Positions 36,871 through 50,285 of a stretch of 64,000 bases of DNA are shown one piece after another. Within the stretch, counting starts at the first letter, position 1, and each line of letters opens with the position of its first letter. A model generated the notes under the pieces. The model had not been told where the DNA came from, made no database searches, and saw only the letters and a program-made list of their open reading frames with translations. Location of the stretch: NCBI GenBank assembly GCA_034780895.1, contig JAUZTB010000017.1, positions 30,956,285 through 31,020,284 of the forward strand, given 5' to 3'. The DNA is from Rhynchobatus australiae (lineage: Eukaryota). Made by a program: the position numbers and the translations under genes.

Positions 36871-38564
36871 GATAGAAGATGTTGTGTTTCTAACCAAGCA
36901 GAATGAGAATGGAGAAAGGTTAATGTGCAGTAGAGAGTGTAAACCAGGAAGTGAAAGGTAAAATAGTGAATTCAGTGAGAAATCGGGTGTGGGAAAATGA
37001 AATTAACTGTGGCTTATGGTAAGTAAGAGAAACAAAGTGCAAACAAAAAACAATTATTAAAAGTTAACTTTATGTAAAGAAATTTAATACAAATATGGAA
37101 ACTTCATAGGAACCAATACATTTGAAATTGGGGTTAAAACACAGAGATGTGGTATTATGAAGAAATGATGCATCTTCAGCAGCAGCTCCTGTGTTTTTCT
37201 GCTTTCTTTCCGTGAGTGCCTGCCAGAATAAGCTGTCTTATTTGTTTGTACGTAAAGAGGAACACTATTAGCACAGTAAAACTTGCCTGATCCTCCTTCA
37301 TCTTTTGTTACTTGGACAAATTCCTCTTGACATAACCATTAATGATTGATCAACATGATATGATGTGTTGCTTGGATCTTTCCCAAGATGTCATTCAATT
37401 AGGTGGATTCGCAACTGAAATGATAATGGTTAACTTAAGGATATCTTGATGAGGACCAGATCTTTCAATCAGGTACCATAAATTCTAACCCAGCACCTAA
37501 GTTATGAAAAGAAAGAAAATGTTCTGGCATTAAAGTTCCCTTAAAATCTTCTCTGTTTATAGTACACCTGTTTACTCAGACATGTTGACCCATCTATTAA
37601 ATTTGCAACCTTGACATATTTATCACAACATGGCTCCAGGCTTAACTCGGAATATTAGATGACTGTGATTTTTCTTGTTCCGCATCTGCTGTATCTTGCA
37701 TACTTTATTAACGTGCTGAATTCTCTTGAGTTCAGTTTAATGCTTTAGCAAGGGTATAAAGGTGTTTGTCCTTCCTGACCCTGAGGAATAATTGCTTACA
37801 TCAAACTCTGTCTTGGGGCATTCACTGAACCCTTTAAAATTGAATTTTCCTTCTTGAGTCGTGTCCTTGGTAGGAGGTAGGACCTTAGTGGGTCAAGCAG
37901 CATCTGTATGGGCCCCGAGGGTACTGCTCAACCTCAGTCCTTTAGCAGATTGTTATGGAAACTGGGATTTGTTCCACTTTTATTGCTGAGAACTAAGGAT
38001 GAAAGGAGTTGGTGTGGCAATATAATGACCGAATATGTGATTTTATTGCTGGAAACTAAGGGCAAAAGAGGAGTTTAAAACATTGCTATATGTCTTCATT
38101 GTCTTGCAGTACAATTATTATTACAATATTATGAAACCACATTAAGCTATTAAGTAGCTGTTTCTGATTAACCAAGTGAGCAAAATAAAAACTCAGCTGA
38201 GGAGATTGGTAGAGTCAAGTCTAAAGCATTTGGATGCTGGTGGGAGTGACTGAGGATTGTTTTTATTTTGCCAGCATTGAGTTGGAGGTAACCTCGATCA
38301 ATACAGATTTCATGGTCAAACCAGCAGTTCAAGAATAATCTGCAGCCTTTGGATTTGTGGGGGTACCAGTGACCTACATCTGAGCATCATTAGCGTGCAT
38401 GTGAAAGCTATCAACATGTACCTTGCTGATAATGCGAAGTGAAGGCGTGTAAATTGTGGGGTATGAATGAAGAAGAAACTTTTGTGAAGACCTGAAGCGA
38501 CTAGGCCTAAAATAAAAATGTTTCTCCTTAACGACCAGTTGTGATTAGAAGGGGAAAAAAAACT

Positions 38565-38770
38565 TTGAAATCTGAAATAAAAATAGAAAGTACTGGAAGT
38601 ACTCAGCAAATCAAGTGGATCTGTGGAGAGAAAAATGGTGTCAATCTTCCAGATGGAAGGTTATTGATCTGAAACATTGCTTCTCTCTCCACAGATGCTG
38701 TTTGACCTTCTCGTTATTTCCAATATTTTCCACTTTTATTCACGATTTAAAGCATTTGCAGCTTTTTGCC
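38565..38770. mobile_element. Inverted pair of Penelope-derived repeats around a hammerhead-like core
   Basis: Left arm tctgaaataaaaatagaaagtactggaagtactcagc..gatctgtggagag; right arm ctctccacagatgctg..ttccaatattttcc..tttattc; core CAGATGG AAGGTT att GATCT GAAAC ATT at 38650-38678. Confidence 0.65.
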
Positions 38771-38984
38771 TCCAATCATACCTGGTTGCTAAAGTTGGAA
38801 CCATGTGGTAGACTTTAGAAGAAGATGCAATTTGAGAAGGCAAGCAAGTTGAAAACAGCCAGAAAGCTATAATCATATTCAGACNNNNNNNNNNNNNNNN
38901 NNNNNNNNNNNNNNNNNNNNNNNNNNNNNNNNNNNNNNNNNNNNNNNNNNNNNNNNNNNNNNNNNNNNNNNNNNNNNNNNNNNN

Positions 38985-39210
38985 TTCCTATCCGTGTACC
39001 TGTCCAAATGTCTTTTAATAGTCTCCCACTTCCTCTGGCAGCTCATTCCATATATGCATCACCTGTGGGGGAGAAAGTTGCCCCACAGGTTCCTTTTAAA
39101 TCTTTCCCCTCTCATTTTGATGCTGTGCCCTCTGGTTTTGGACTCCCCTACCCTGGAGAAAAGACTGTGGTTATCCCCCTTATTTCTGCCCTTCATGATT
39201 TTATAAACCT
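38985..39210 (-). mobile_element. CR1 3' fragment
   Basis: ORF 39059 EVYKIMKG...LFSRVGESKTRGHSIKMRGERFK. Confidence 0.8.
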
Positions 39211-39219
39211 CTATTTGGC

Positions 39220-39345
39220 TTGTCAAAGCTGAATTTATTGTTCTATGCACAGGTGAAATGAAAAATTTACTTGCATCAGCATCACAGTTGCATAGCGTCA
39301 TATAAGCAGCAATCACAAGAAAAGCATAAATTAAACATAAAGCAT
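39220..39345 (-). mobile_element. Rex1/Babar 3' tail fragment
   Basis: tttattgttctatgcacaggtgaaatgaaaaatttacttgcatcagcatcacag...agaaaagcataaattaaac; matches 56825-56935 and the reverse complement of 16640-16750. Confidence 0.7.
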
Positions 39346-40099
39346 AGCTGTGCCACTGCTGCCCTTCAAATTTTTCTTTCAACCAACATACCCAAAACAC
39401 GCCATCTCACTGCAACAAAGGGGCCCGATTTGCCTTCAGAAGGGAGTAGCTGCACACAATGACTACATAACTAGAGTGATTATTCTTAATTCCCTTTGCA
39501 GCCTATTTTTTGTTTTATAGTTGCAATTACATTGGAAATGCCTAATACCAAATAGTCTAATATCCTTCAGGTACGAGATTTCAGCTTTCTCTTATTGGCT
39601 TCCTGTCCTCTGATACTTAAACATTTCATCACAGCAGATCAGTTTGTCAGTTTGCTTCATAATTTGGAAACCTCAAAGATATGAGCCTGACTTCCTGAAC
39701 ATTTCCTCAGTACTTCAGTAAAGCAGAGTTAGTAAAATAAATCGTGACTGCCTATTATGTTCAATGTTCTGTTCACTGTTGTGGATGGTGAAGAACAAAG
39801 CAATGTACATTTTACAGATTCCAATGAGATGTAAAAATATCCGCATCTATACTGGCAGTGATGTGGATCCAGACATTTCAACTATTTGTCTTGAGGCAAA
39901 CATTTGTAGGGAAACTTAGCTTCAGGATGTCCTGTCGCATGTCGAGTATTATATCTATCTGTGCTATTTTCAGGAGTGAGTGAGTCTTGCCTGAAAATAG
40001 CACCAGTGGCTCTTCTAATGTATGCAGTGTTGAGTATTCTCAAATGTGGGGTTGTTCTAGAAAGGATTGAACCTATTCAGACAAGGGTTGATCTCTGTA

Positions 40100-40330
40100 A
40101 ATGAAAAGAAACTGCAGACGCTAGAAAAATAAAACAAAAACAGAAAACACTGGAAATACTTAGCAGGTCAGGTTGTATCAAACTTAACATTTCAAGTTGA
40201 AGACTTTTTGTCAAGAGCAGGGAAGGAGACACAAGGAGCTTGTTAAACTGTAGAGAAGATGGGGGAATAGGTTTGCCTCTGATAGAGCAATATATGACGT
40301 GGCCTTCATGATGTTGTTGGGCAGAAGCTG
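40100..40330 (-). mobile_element. Penelope-derived repeat (degenerate)
   Basis: aactgcagacgctag...cagaaaacactggaaatacttagcaggtcagg...ttaacatttcaagttgaagactttttgtcaag. Confidence 0.55.
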
Positions 40331-43300
40331 GATTGAAGCTATAAGAGGTGAGAATCTGTTTAATGGGTAAGAACGTTCCCACCATTTTAAAGAGCAAGAT
40401 GTATATATAGAGGGAGGGCAGTAAGCTAAAGATTGTAAAGCTGGCCATTTTGGTAAGAGAAGTTATGTCAGGATGTTGAAAGTGCAGGCAATGCTGGAGG
40501 AAAGACAAATCTGAATATATAATTTCTTGTGAAATATAAGAACTAAAGCATGATTTGAGAACATGAATATGATCTCTGGAATTATATTTGCTGTCTCGAA
40601 AACTCTTCATTCCAGTATACCTGGAACTTTTGAACATGTATTCTATACTTCAAAAGTAAAATAGTGAAGGATTACACTATTGCTGATACGTAGAAGGTCA
40701 TTGGCCTGGATTTTGTGATCAAATTATATTAACTCTTTGTTATACTTGCACTTGCCCACAGACCTTTCGCATTGTAATTTGAGGTAAATGTAAAGTTGAG
40801 ATCTGGGGACTTGGTGAATGTGGCCATCAGTAGTGTATTTTCTTATCAATCCAATGCTAACTAATGTATTCAAAATTAAAACCAGAAAGTGTAAATTGGA
40901 GTATATAATGTAAATTTATGTAAAGAAAGTGAAATACAGAAAGAAGAAAAATTGGGGAAGAGATGAAGAGGAGCTGAAAAGGCACAAAGATAAAACATTT
41001 TGTTCCTTTTGGAGATATTAAAAATCAGAATAAAACTTGTTACTAATAACATAACCTGTAAAAAGTTATTTTCATAACCAGAGCTATTGTTTGGAACAAT
41101 TAAAACTCCTTGCCCCCACTTGAATAGACAAACCTTAATGTCTTCTATGCATTTTGTGGGTGTCGAGTGAATTACACGGATTTAAACACCAACTGCCTCA
41201 GTGCAGTACCAGTGAAGTAAAGCTGGTGAAGGAGTTGAGCAATTAAGTCATTGTATTTCTTTGTTTAACGGTATTGTGTACAGAACCTAGTAAGATGGCT
41301 GCTACGTAATCTCTAATTTGAGTTATGTAGGTTTTATTTTCCTGTTCAGATAACATGCTGCCTCATGAATTCAAGGCCACTGTGAAGAGCACAGTTATCA
41401 GAAAGTCAAAATACTTAAGTAATTCTGTAGGTGTTGCAGCTAGAGTCATTTGTCCATATGCCAAAATGTCCAAGATGACCAATGGATTTTGGTTAAAGTA
41501 CAATTAAACAAGCCATTTATCTTCATGTTGGGCCTGTTTCCATGCAGGTGCAAAGTATTTATTCAGAACTTTAAATGTATCTTCCTCCTCCACAATCAGA
41601 CTGTCATTTGGTCTTTTAGAAGACCTACTCTTTTGTTATCCTCTTTCCCTTTGTATATTCTCTTTTATTCTTACATGCCAATGTTATTTTTATGCATCCT
41701 CTTGTCTGTCTTATTTTTGTTTTCATTTCACTCCTGTATTTTTCACACTCCTCCATGCTTTCATATCAGTCCAGGTTCTATTATAGAATCCCCTTTTTGT
41801 TTGCTTTATCCTGCCTTGTATGTTCCTCAGCATCCAAGGGGATATATATACAGGAGTTCCCCCTTTTTCTCTTGATAGGAGTAAATATGGACTGAACCAA
41901 CTTTCTTGTTATTAACTACCATTTACTGCTCTGACACTGACATTATTCGTCAATCTCTATACTCGCTCGTGCCACCAGTAGTAATCCAAATTCTACTAAC
42001 TTTTAAGTACTGTTCTTTAGCTTCCTCACTCATTCCTAGTAATCTACCTGTAGGACCTCATTCTTCCTTCTGCCCATTTCATTGGTACCGACATGGGCCA
42101 TAACCATGACCACCTCAGGATATTCTACAATGACCTCCTGGAAGCATGTTTATGGCCACAGAAACCCCCTCTGCTGCTTTTCATAATGAGAATCTCCTAT
42201 CATTGTAATTCTTCAATTTTTGTTTTCTCTCCTGCTGAGCTGAGTCAACCATGGTACTGTGGACTAGCTAGTGGCTGTGCTCCCTTTTTAAAAAAAACTA
42301 TCATCTTGTTGAGCTGAATACCAATTAGAGAGCAGGGTACACCATACTTCTGCCAAAGATGGCAGAATGTAGGCTGAAAGTTGCACTTTGCAGCAAGTAA
42401 TTTCAAGCAGAAGAATTTACAATTCCTTTACAGCTATTTTATTTTTAGTTATTGTATTATTTCATTTGCCTTGTGTTAAGTAATTCTATGTTTACCTCTC
42501 TCACTGTAAGATTTTGGATGCCCATTTTATGCAAAGCTGGTATCTATCAGGCACAGTTCATGAGAATTCAACAAAGTTATACGTGTTGTCACATGCTCAC
42601 ATTTATGACCTTTTTGAAAGAGCAACATTTTACCAAATCTGAATGGATCACATTTGATAATCTTGATGGCAGGAGTTATGGGACCTGGTTATGTAATGGA
42701 GCTGGGTTCACAGACACCAACACACTTGTACAAAGTATTGCCTGTTTTTTAGGCTAAGTAATTTTAGTTTTCTCATCTCCCTCAATGACTTGGCCTATAT
42801 ATTCACAGGAGATCAAAGAAACAATGAGGGTGAAATTTGTTTTGGACAGGAGGGTAAAGATGAATTGACAGCCATGTAAAACACAATCCAGTTTTCTTTA
42901 ACATGCTCTTCAACAAGATGGATCCAATTAGTAACGTGTTTCTCACTGTTTCTCGGGGTGAATNNNNNNNNNNCTCTTATTTTTCTTACCTGGCAAGTTT
43001 TTACTGATCACAAAATTTTGACAATATTGTTGGATGTAGAGAGAGCTGAAGTACAATCACGAGTAATGAAACGCTGACAATCAAATACTGATAATATTAT
43101 GTCATACCTGAATCCACAGCCAAAATGCAAAGAAACTAAAACTCCTGTCTGCTGTATGGCATTACAGTGGAATTGTATTTTTGCAGAATTAACCTTTACA
43201 TCGAATACTAGTTTTTGTTATTGATCTAATCTATGTACAGGTTTGATTAGACAAAATGATGATTTGTTTTCTGACCTGACAGTCCAGAACATTTGNNNNN

Positions 43301-45049
43301 NNNNNNNNNNNNNNNNNNNNNNNNNNNNNNNNNNNNNNNNNNNNNNNNNNNNNNNNNNNNNNNNNNNNNNNNNNNNNNNNNNNNNNNNNNNNNNNGACCT
43401 GACAGTCCAGAACATTTGTGTCAAGTTCTAAGGAAATGTTTTTGTCTTTAAGCAAACTGTTCAGATGATTGAATCACAGCTGAACAGGTCATTGTTTCTC
43501 TGCAAAATATCATACATGCTGTTCCTTTCTAGAGCTAGACAAGAACAACTGATCTCAGCTGGATGAGAATGTGTCATTAAATTTGATCTGAACTCTCAAT
43601 TAGCTTGACATTCTGTATTCCTGTCTGGCACAGTTCCTGCCATCAAAGGGGCAAGAGTTAAATATGCAAAAATTACCAGCAGTTCAAAATGGATTAATGG
43701 CACAGATGGTTGGAGAACTAATGCATGGCATTGCATGTTTAATATTCAGCCCCTTCACACTAGGAGCTAGACATTTTTTGGTGATTAACAGGCATAATAG
43801 TAAAGGCTGCCACTGAAGTAATGCCGAGGCCTTTCCTGCAGGTCTCTGTAATCTCCTCTGATTACGCATTGAAGTGGTGAGAACACAATTCAAGTCTAAC
43901 TCCCATAGATGACTTGAATATTTGGACACTAGACTCCCTAAATTGTGTTTTTAATTAATGAGCTCATGAATGAAACACAAATGCTTCATCGAGAGCTTGG
44001 AAATCCAGTCACAGTTTAGGAACAAAAGAAAAGCCCCTTGTTCTGCAGAAGAAATACTCTAACCTATTGAGGCTTTATCTTGTTGATCTACCTTATAGGG
44101 ATGGTATCCAGAGGAACACTCTCTCATCCATCTACTGTATCAATTGAATCTTGAGACATTTTGTATATTTTTGTTTGCTTTTGGAATATAAGCACTGTGA
44201 CAGCCAGAGCCTCTATTGTCAATAGGTGAAGGATTTGAAACCAATTTTTAGACTTGTACATGTAATCCAGGATGACATCTTGAGTACGATATTGTGAACT
44301 GCAACGTGGTGAAAGATAAACTTGGGAAGATTTTGTGAGATCCCACTGCATTATTCAGGTTAGAGCAGAGGAGTGCTTTTTGGTTCTTTTAATCCTCAAA
44401 TGACATCTGAAACAGAAGATCTAGTGATCTATTTCTTTGGTGTTGGTAGGATATACTTGAACTTAAATGATTGCCATATTTTGTACATTATCACTGTGGC
44501 AATAGTAACTATGTAAATGTTTTTTTTCTTTTAATATTAGCAAGGCACTCATTGCATTGAAAACTCTGTGCACATTAAATCGATCGTAGTGTAGGATGGG
44601 AGTTGTGTGTTGGCCAGACCAGTTGGAGAGGTGATTGCCTTCCTTAAAGACTGAGTTCCTCCAGCATCATAGTGTTTTTCCTTGAAGGAAGTTTAGCTTG
44701 TACAACAGTTCAGCAGACTTCATGGCCAATTTCTGGTGTTAGCCCATAATTCTTAGATAATTAAATTTATCTGTAACAATTTAGAAAAAAAAAATTTCAA
44801 AGATCATTGCATGCAGAGATTAAAGATTAACTTCAGTTTTTTGGATAATATTTGTACTTGGGAAGATTTGTTTTGGAAGAGATGATAATGTGCTTCAATA
44901 ATGTTACAATTTCTTCAAAAAAAAGACAAGGGATTGGATCTTGATGGTAGTTTCAGAAAGGAGGAAAGCAAACTTGGATATGGAAGGTATGAGTTTAATT
45001 AACAGAAGGGAGTGGAATTAAAGACAGGAATAACAAGGGACAAAAAAGT

Positions 45050-47200
45050 TTGGCAGTGTTTTGTTGTACATGCTCTAATGCAATAAATATCAGAAGCAAA
45101 GTTGAATGGTGGGGGCGGGGGCGGGGCTCAAGTAATTCTGTCCATGACTAAAACAAGACTTAAAAGATTATCAAAAAAAACAACTCTATATTCCTGTTTC
45201 CAGGAATAGACAATGTATTGGGAGAGTTTTTTTCAAAAAAAGTTGGGGTATAGCAATGTTGGTTAAGGGAATATTTACAGCTGGGAGGAGGAATAAAATG
45301 GTAGAGAGATCAGTAGATGAGTTCACAAAGGTTGAAGAGAAACAGAAGGGCAATTGCTTTACTGGAGTATACCACTGACCCCAAGCAATGAGGGAGATAG
45401 AGAAGAGAAATTACAGATGTACATTTCTAAGAGTATAAAAGCAACAAGGCCGAAATAGCAGGTGATTTTAACTACCTTAATATTGACTGGCTGCTAAGAC
45501 TATAAAAGGTATAGAAAATGTATAGGTTTTAAAATGCTTTCAAGAGAATGTTTCAAATCAGTTCATGGTAAACAGTAAAAGAAGGGACAGTACTGAGTAA
45601 TTTTAGGACTCTAACCTTGTGCAAATAGTAAGGATGTGAGTGGGAGAACATTTTGATAGGAACAATCATAATTCATCCAAATGTATCATTGTGATGGAAA
45701 ATGACTCAAATCCTCCAGGAATAAAAATTCTAAATTGGGGTAAAGTCTATTTTACTAGGTTGAGGCATAATTTAACAAAAGTTGACCTGACACAGCTAGT
45801 TGAAGTGTCAGAGTAGTAGGAAGGACATAGTAATTCAGAACAAACGTATTCTGAACAAAAAAATAAAAAAAATATCAAATTCTACATTATGCTGGTTATA
45901 AGGCACATACAATATAACCTTAGGCAAAAAAGGGAAACTTGTGATGGATACAACATTGTAGAACACCTACAGGAGAATAGAAAGTGCAGATGTGAAAATA
46001 AAAAAGTAATTAAGAAGTCATAATGGGTACAGAAAAAAATTATTGGCAGTAAAGTCAAGTAAAATCTTTTGTTATTAAGGCAACCTCTTTAAGAGAAATT
46101 GAGGGAAGAGTGGGCCTATTCGGTACAAAAATGGTAGCTAGACTTTGGAGGTGGAAGATTTGCATAGTTCTAAATATTTTGTATCTGTCTTTGTGGAAGA
46201 GGAATGTGTACAGACATTCATATTGGGGAAGGAGATATGAAAATTGGATGTGATATGCATACAGAGGATATTTTAAGCAGTCTGGCATCCTTAAAAGTGG
46301 ATTCTTAAGAAAAAGAAGGTCCAATTTTATGTGTGTTGGGAGGAAATAGCAAAGACTATCATTTCCCAATCACCTTTGGCTATAACTATGGTGTTTAGAG
46401 AACTGGAAGATTGGTAATGTGGTATTGCTTAAAAAGGAGAAATAGATGGACACTGGACAGTCAACCTAATATTGGTGTGGGACAAGTTATTGGAAAAAGT
46501 TCTGAGAGGCAGAATAAAACAACATTTAGAGAGGTACAGATTAATTAAGGTCAGTGGGCTTGGATATTGTATCTGATGAAGTTGACTTTGAGGTAACAAA
46601 GAGGACCAATGAGAGTAAAACATTGATTTTGTCTGCATAAATCTTAGCAAGTTTTTTTGAAGTCCACATGGCAAACTGATCAGGAAAGTGAAAGCCCATG
46701 GGATCCAAAGTATTAAAGCGTGGAGTAAAGTTTGGCTCAGTGGGATAAAGCAAAAAGTGATTGTCAACAAAAACTTCAGTGATTAGATGGCTGAAAAATA
46801 GCAGGGCTTCTTGGGTCTCAAAGCTAAGTTCATGCTTGTGTTTTTAAGTTGAATGTGGTTAAATGTATGGACTATATTGCTGATACTAAAAACAGCAATA
46901 TGACTCGCAGTGAGGAAGTTCCAGGCTGCAGAAAGACATCAATGGACTGGATAAGTTGGTTAAAAAGTGACAACTAATGCTCAATCCAGAGATGTCTGAG
47001 GTGATGCATTTCAAGGGACAAACAAGATACAGAATGCACCAAGGGTAAGATACCAAGATGAGTAGGAAGTGCATGCTGGAGTGTGTGTTCGCTGATTCCT
47101 GAAGATGGATAAGTGTTTAAGAAAGGCTTAAAAAATACTTGCCCTTTAGCAATGAAGGTGTAGAAGGCAGGAAAATCATGATAAAATTGAACCCTAAGTT
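45050..47200 (+). mobile_element. Old, heavily decayed CR1 LINE (endonuclease to RT)
   Basis: ctggagtataccactgacccc (GVYxRPP-like), ggtgattttaactaccttaatattgactgg (GDFNYxNIDW), aggctgcagaaagacatcaatggactg (RLQKDINGL). Confidence 0.7.
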
Positions 47201-47342
47201 AACTTCATTTCTGGGCATAACATCATTTTGTTCCCATTACCATTCTTAAAACAGTTGGATTACACAACAGATTCAGATTCTGAACTTCTGAGCCAGCATA
47301 CTGCAAGAGTTTCTCCAATGGTTGGCACAGAAGAGATTTTGG

Positions 47343-47571
47343 GGTGGCACAGTAGCGTAGTGGTTAGCACGACGCTATTACAGTGCCAGCGACCCGGGTT
47401 CGTTTCCCGCCGCTGCCTGTAAGGAGTTTGTATGTTCTCCCGTGTCTGCGTGGGTTTCCTCCAGGTGCTCCGGTTTCCTCCCACATTCCAAAGACATACG
47501 GGTAGGTGAATTTGGGGCTTAAAATGGGCGGCATGGACTCGTTGGGCAGGAAGGTCCTGTTACCATGCTGT
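47343..47571 (+). mobile_element. HE1/V-SINE, tRNA-derived, CR1-type tail
   Basis: Pol III A box TAGCGTAGTGG, B box GGTTCGTTTCCC, V-domain gtgtctgcgtgggtttcctccaggtgctccggtttcctcccacattccaaagac, tail gggcaggaaggtcctgttaccatgctg. Confidence 0.9.
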
Positions 47572-49577
47572 TAGATCTCTTCTAAATTATCAGCAATAAG
47601 TAAGCTCAATTCAGTACACGACCGTTTTTGGTCATGTACTCCATGGAGTCATTGTAACATTTTGATGTTACCCTCATATCCATTATTTTGCTGTGGTAGT
47701 ATCTTTTTTTATCCTGAGGTTTTCAGCTAGCCTTGACCTTGAATAAGCCCTGGCCGAAGAGTTAAAGAAGGCAGTGGCTTGCTGGCAATGAAATGCATCC
47801 TTTTTAGGACCACTAAGTCAGAATAACGAAAATCCAAAATATTTGTGCATCATGTGTTCTGCATGTTCAATGATGTTTGCATTGGAGGTGTGAATCTATG
47901 CTAGAGTTCTAATCTTCATTTTCAAGTTGACCACTGCCACTTTTAGATAGGTGCTCTGCAGACAAGGAAGGAACAACAGCAATTGTTGAAAAGCTACAGC
48001 ACTTTTGGAGAGTGTGAAAGTCCTAATTTACTTCTTTAATGTTAATATTCCACATAAAAGCAGTGTCAAACAAGGCAGAAATTCTCATCGTGGTTTATAT
48101 CCAAAGGAAGGAGGCTATTTAGGCCTTTATGCCCATGCAATATCTGCTGACTTTCCCTCATATTGTATATACTCCACTGCTTCAAATATTAAGTACAAAA
48201 GCTGCAAAAATGCAATTAATAGCTAATTCCAATGCTATTACCACAATTAGGATCTCACTGTGTGACGAATTTAGACGTAAAGGCATATTGTAACTATATA
48301 GCCCAGAAATTTCAGTATGAAGTTCATGCAACTATGCTGAAATATTTGAGATTCATTTTTACGCTGATCTAATGATTCACACTGTAGATGCATACACAGT
48401 CCACAATATTTTTAAAGTATCTTTATTTCTACAAACTACTTGCACTGATCATGCTAACTGTCTGCTCTTTCTTTTGTTAGCATGAGAATGATATTTCAAA
48501 CTTTGTGACCAGTTTTGATCAGAGATCCATTTAATTTGAAATTTGAATCAAAGTACTTAAACACAGGTACATTAATGGCTTTAAATCAGTAAAGTAACAT
48601 GAACCCACTGCAATGAATGATACAGGTATTTTTCCTGGTTGTTGTGCTTTCATTTGTGAAAATATTGCTTGAAGTCCACGGTACGCATAATGATTTAGAA
48701 ATGGATTTTCTATTAAATAAACAATTGGATCTCTCATATTGTAGGATGATGAATTCTATTTTTGTAAGATTTAACACTGTCCAATTTGGAACAGATGACT
48801 TTATTTGAAGACCATATCTGCACAGCAATTCCTCAGTTTAGGAATGTTGTGAATGCCATTGACTCTTTGGGATGCTTCTCTTTGATTCCTATAGTTATTT
48901 TTCACAACGAATTGTGCACCACTCTCTACGTAAAGGAATGTACCAAAGTGCCCAAAATGCATTTTGATCTGCCTTACAATTTACAAAATTTTGTTTCATG
49001 AATTGATTTACAAGAATGTATCCTTTCATGATCAGGGGAATGGCTAAATCTCAGCATGGAGCAAATCACAATACTTTCAATTAGTAGTTATTACAAATGT
49101 GGACACTTTACTTTGTTTCTTTACAATCATCAGATACATTCATAAAAATAAAGGATATTTTCAATTAAAGATTTAAAAAATGATGCGCAATTTGAAGACA
49201 CGCAAATGAGTTAAGTTGTAGTGATAAATATTTTTTATTATTATGATTGGGCGACCAATATTATTCCAAAATTACTAAGATAACAGAATCAACATTGAAT
49301 ATGACATTTATTCTGAATCCCAGTTGTTTCACTTGGTTTACTTCCTGTTACCTTTTCCACAACTCCTGAATAGTCTTACCTGAATTGACCTTACCTAATT
49401 CATCATCCTTGAATTTTAACACTACAATGTTTTACTTCTAATTTTTGATTTCTCACAATCAGTCAGTTCCATCTGATAAATGGATAGAGTTAACTTGAAC
49501 TTTCTTCCAAAACAAATAGGCTCCCTTTATTACTTCTCCTTAGATCTGTCTCACTTTGTAATCTTTGTTTCTCTTTT

Positions 49578-49697
49578 AGAACATAGAACAGTACAGCACT
49601 GGACAGGCCATTCAGCCCACAATTTTGTGCCGATCTTGATGCTGATTTATACTAAATGTCCTCCTCCTGTTTGTCATCCATATCCCTCCATTCCCTT
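49578..49697 (-). mobile_element. CR1 terminal tail
   Basis: agaacatagaacagtacagcactggacaggccattcagcccac...catccatatccctccattccct. Confidence 0.8.
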
Positions 49698-50115
49698 GTA
49701 GCGGTTAGTGTAACGCTATTACAGTGCCAGCGATCCGGGTTCAATTCCCACCACTGTCTGTAAGGAGTTTGTATGTTCTCCCCGTGTCTGTGTGGGTTTC
49801 CTAGGGTGCTCTGGTTTCCTCCCACATTCCAAAGACGTACGGGTTAGGAAGTTGTGGACGTGCTATGTTGGCACCAGAAACATGGTGACACTTGCGGGCT
49901 GCCCCCAGAACACTCTACGCAAAAGATGCATTTCACTNNNNNNNNNNNNNNNNNNNNNNNNNNNNNNNNNNNNNNNNNNNNNNNNNNNNNNNNNNNNNNN
50001 NNNNNNNNNNNNNNNNNNNNNNNNNNNNNNNNNNNNNGGTAGGTTAATATGGGGTTTAAAATGGGCGGTGTGGACTCGTTGGGCTGGAAGGGCCTGTTAC
50101 CATGCTGTAAATAAA
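49698..50115 (+). mobile_element. HE1/V-SINE(s): Rex-like tail before the gap, CR1-like tail after it
   Basis: gtagcggttagtgtaacgctattacagtgccagcgatccgggttcaattccc head and V-domain; 49849-49937 matches the 3906-4034 tail; 50038-50110 matches the 47502-47571 tail. Confidence 0.85.
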
Positions 50116-50189
50116 ATTTAATTAAAAAAAATTAAATTTAATTTAATAAAATAATGAAAAATAAAAAAAACACTACTGATCCTGGAATT

Positions 50190-50285
50190 TTGACAAACAG
50201 TTGATCACCCGAAACATTGATTGTTTCTCTTATCACAGATGCTTCCTGATCTGAGTTTTCCCAGCATTTTTGGTTTTTGTTTCTA
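50190..50285 (+). mobile_element. Penelope-derived repeat (degenerate)
   Basis: cacccgaaacattgattgtttctct..cacagatgcttcctgatctgagttttcccagcattttt. Confidence 0.55.

Noticed and set aside
40077-40637. 186-aa minus-strand ORF
   Set aside because: Overlaps a decayed repeat, no recognisable homology or splice structure
40703-41378. Possible Harbinger-type MITE with ggcc termini
   Set aside because: Terminal inverted match is too short and degenerate to support
42452-42757. 101-aa ORF with an acceptor-like site near 42510 as a possible PLCE1 exon
   Set aside because: No similarity to the expected next PLCE1 exon (CVRDTVCEYRATL-type motif) and no convincing donor
47343-47415. tRNA gene
   Set aside because: A and B boxes belong to a SINE head that continues into the V-domain; no full cloverleaf
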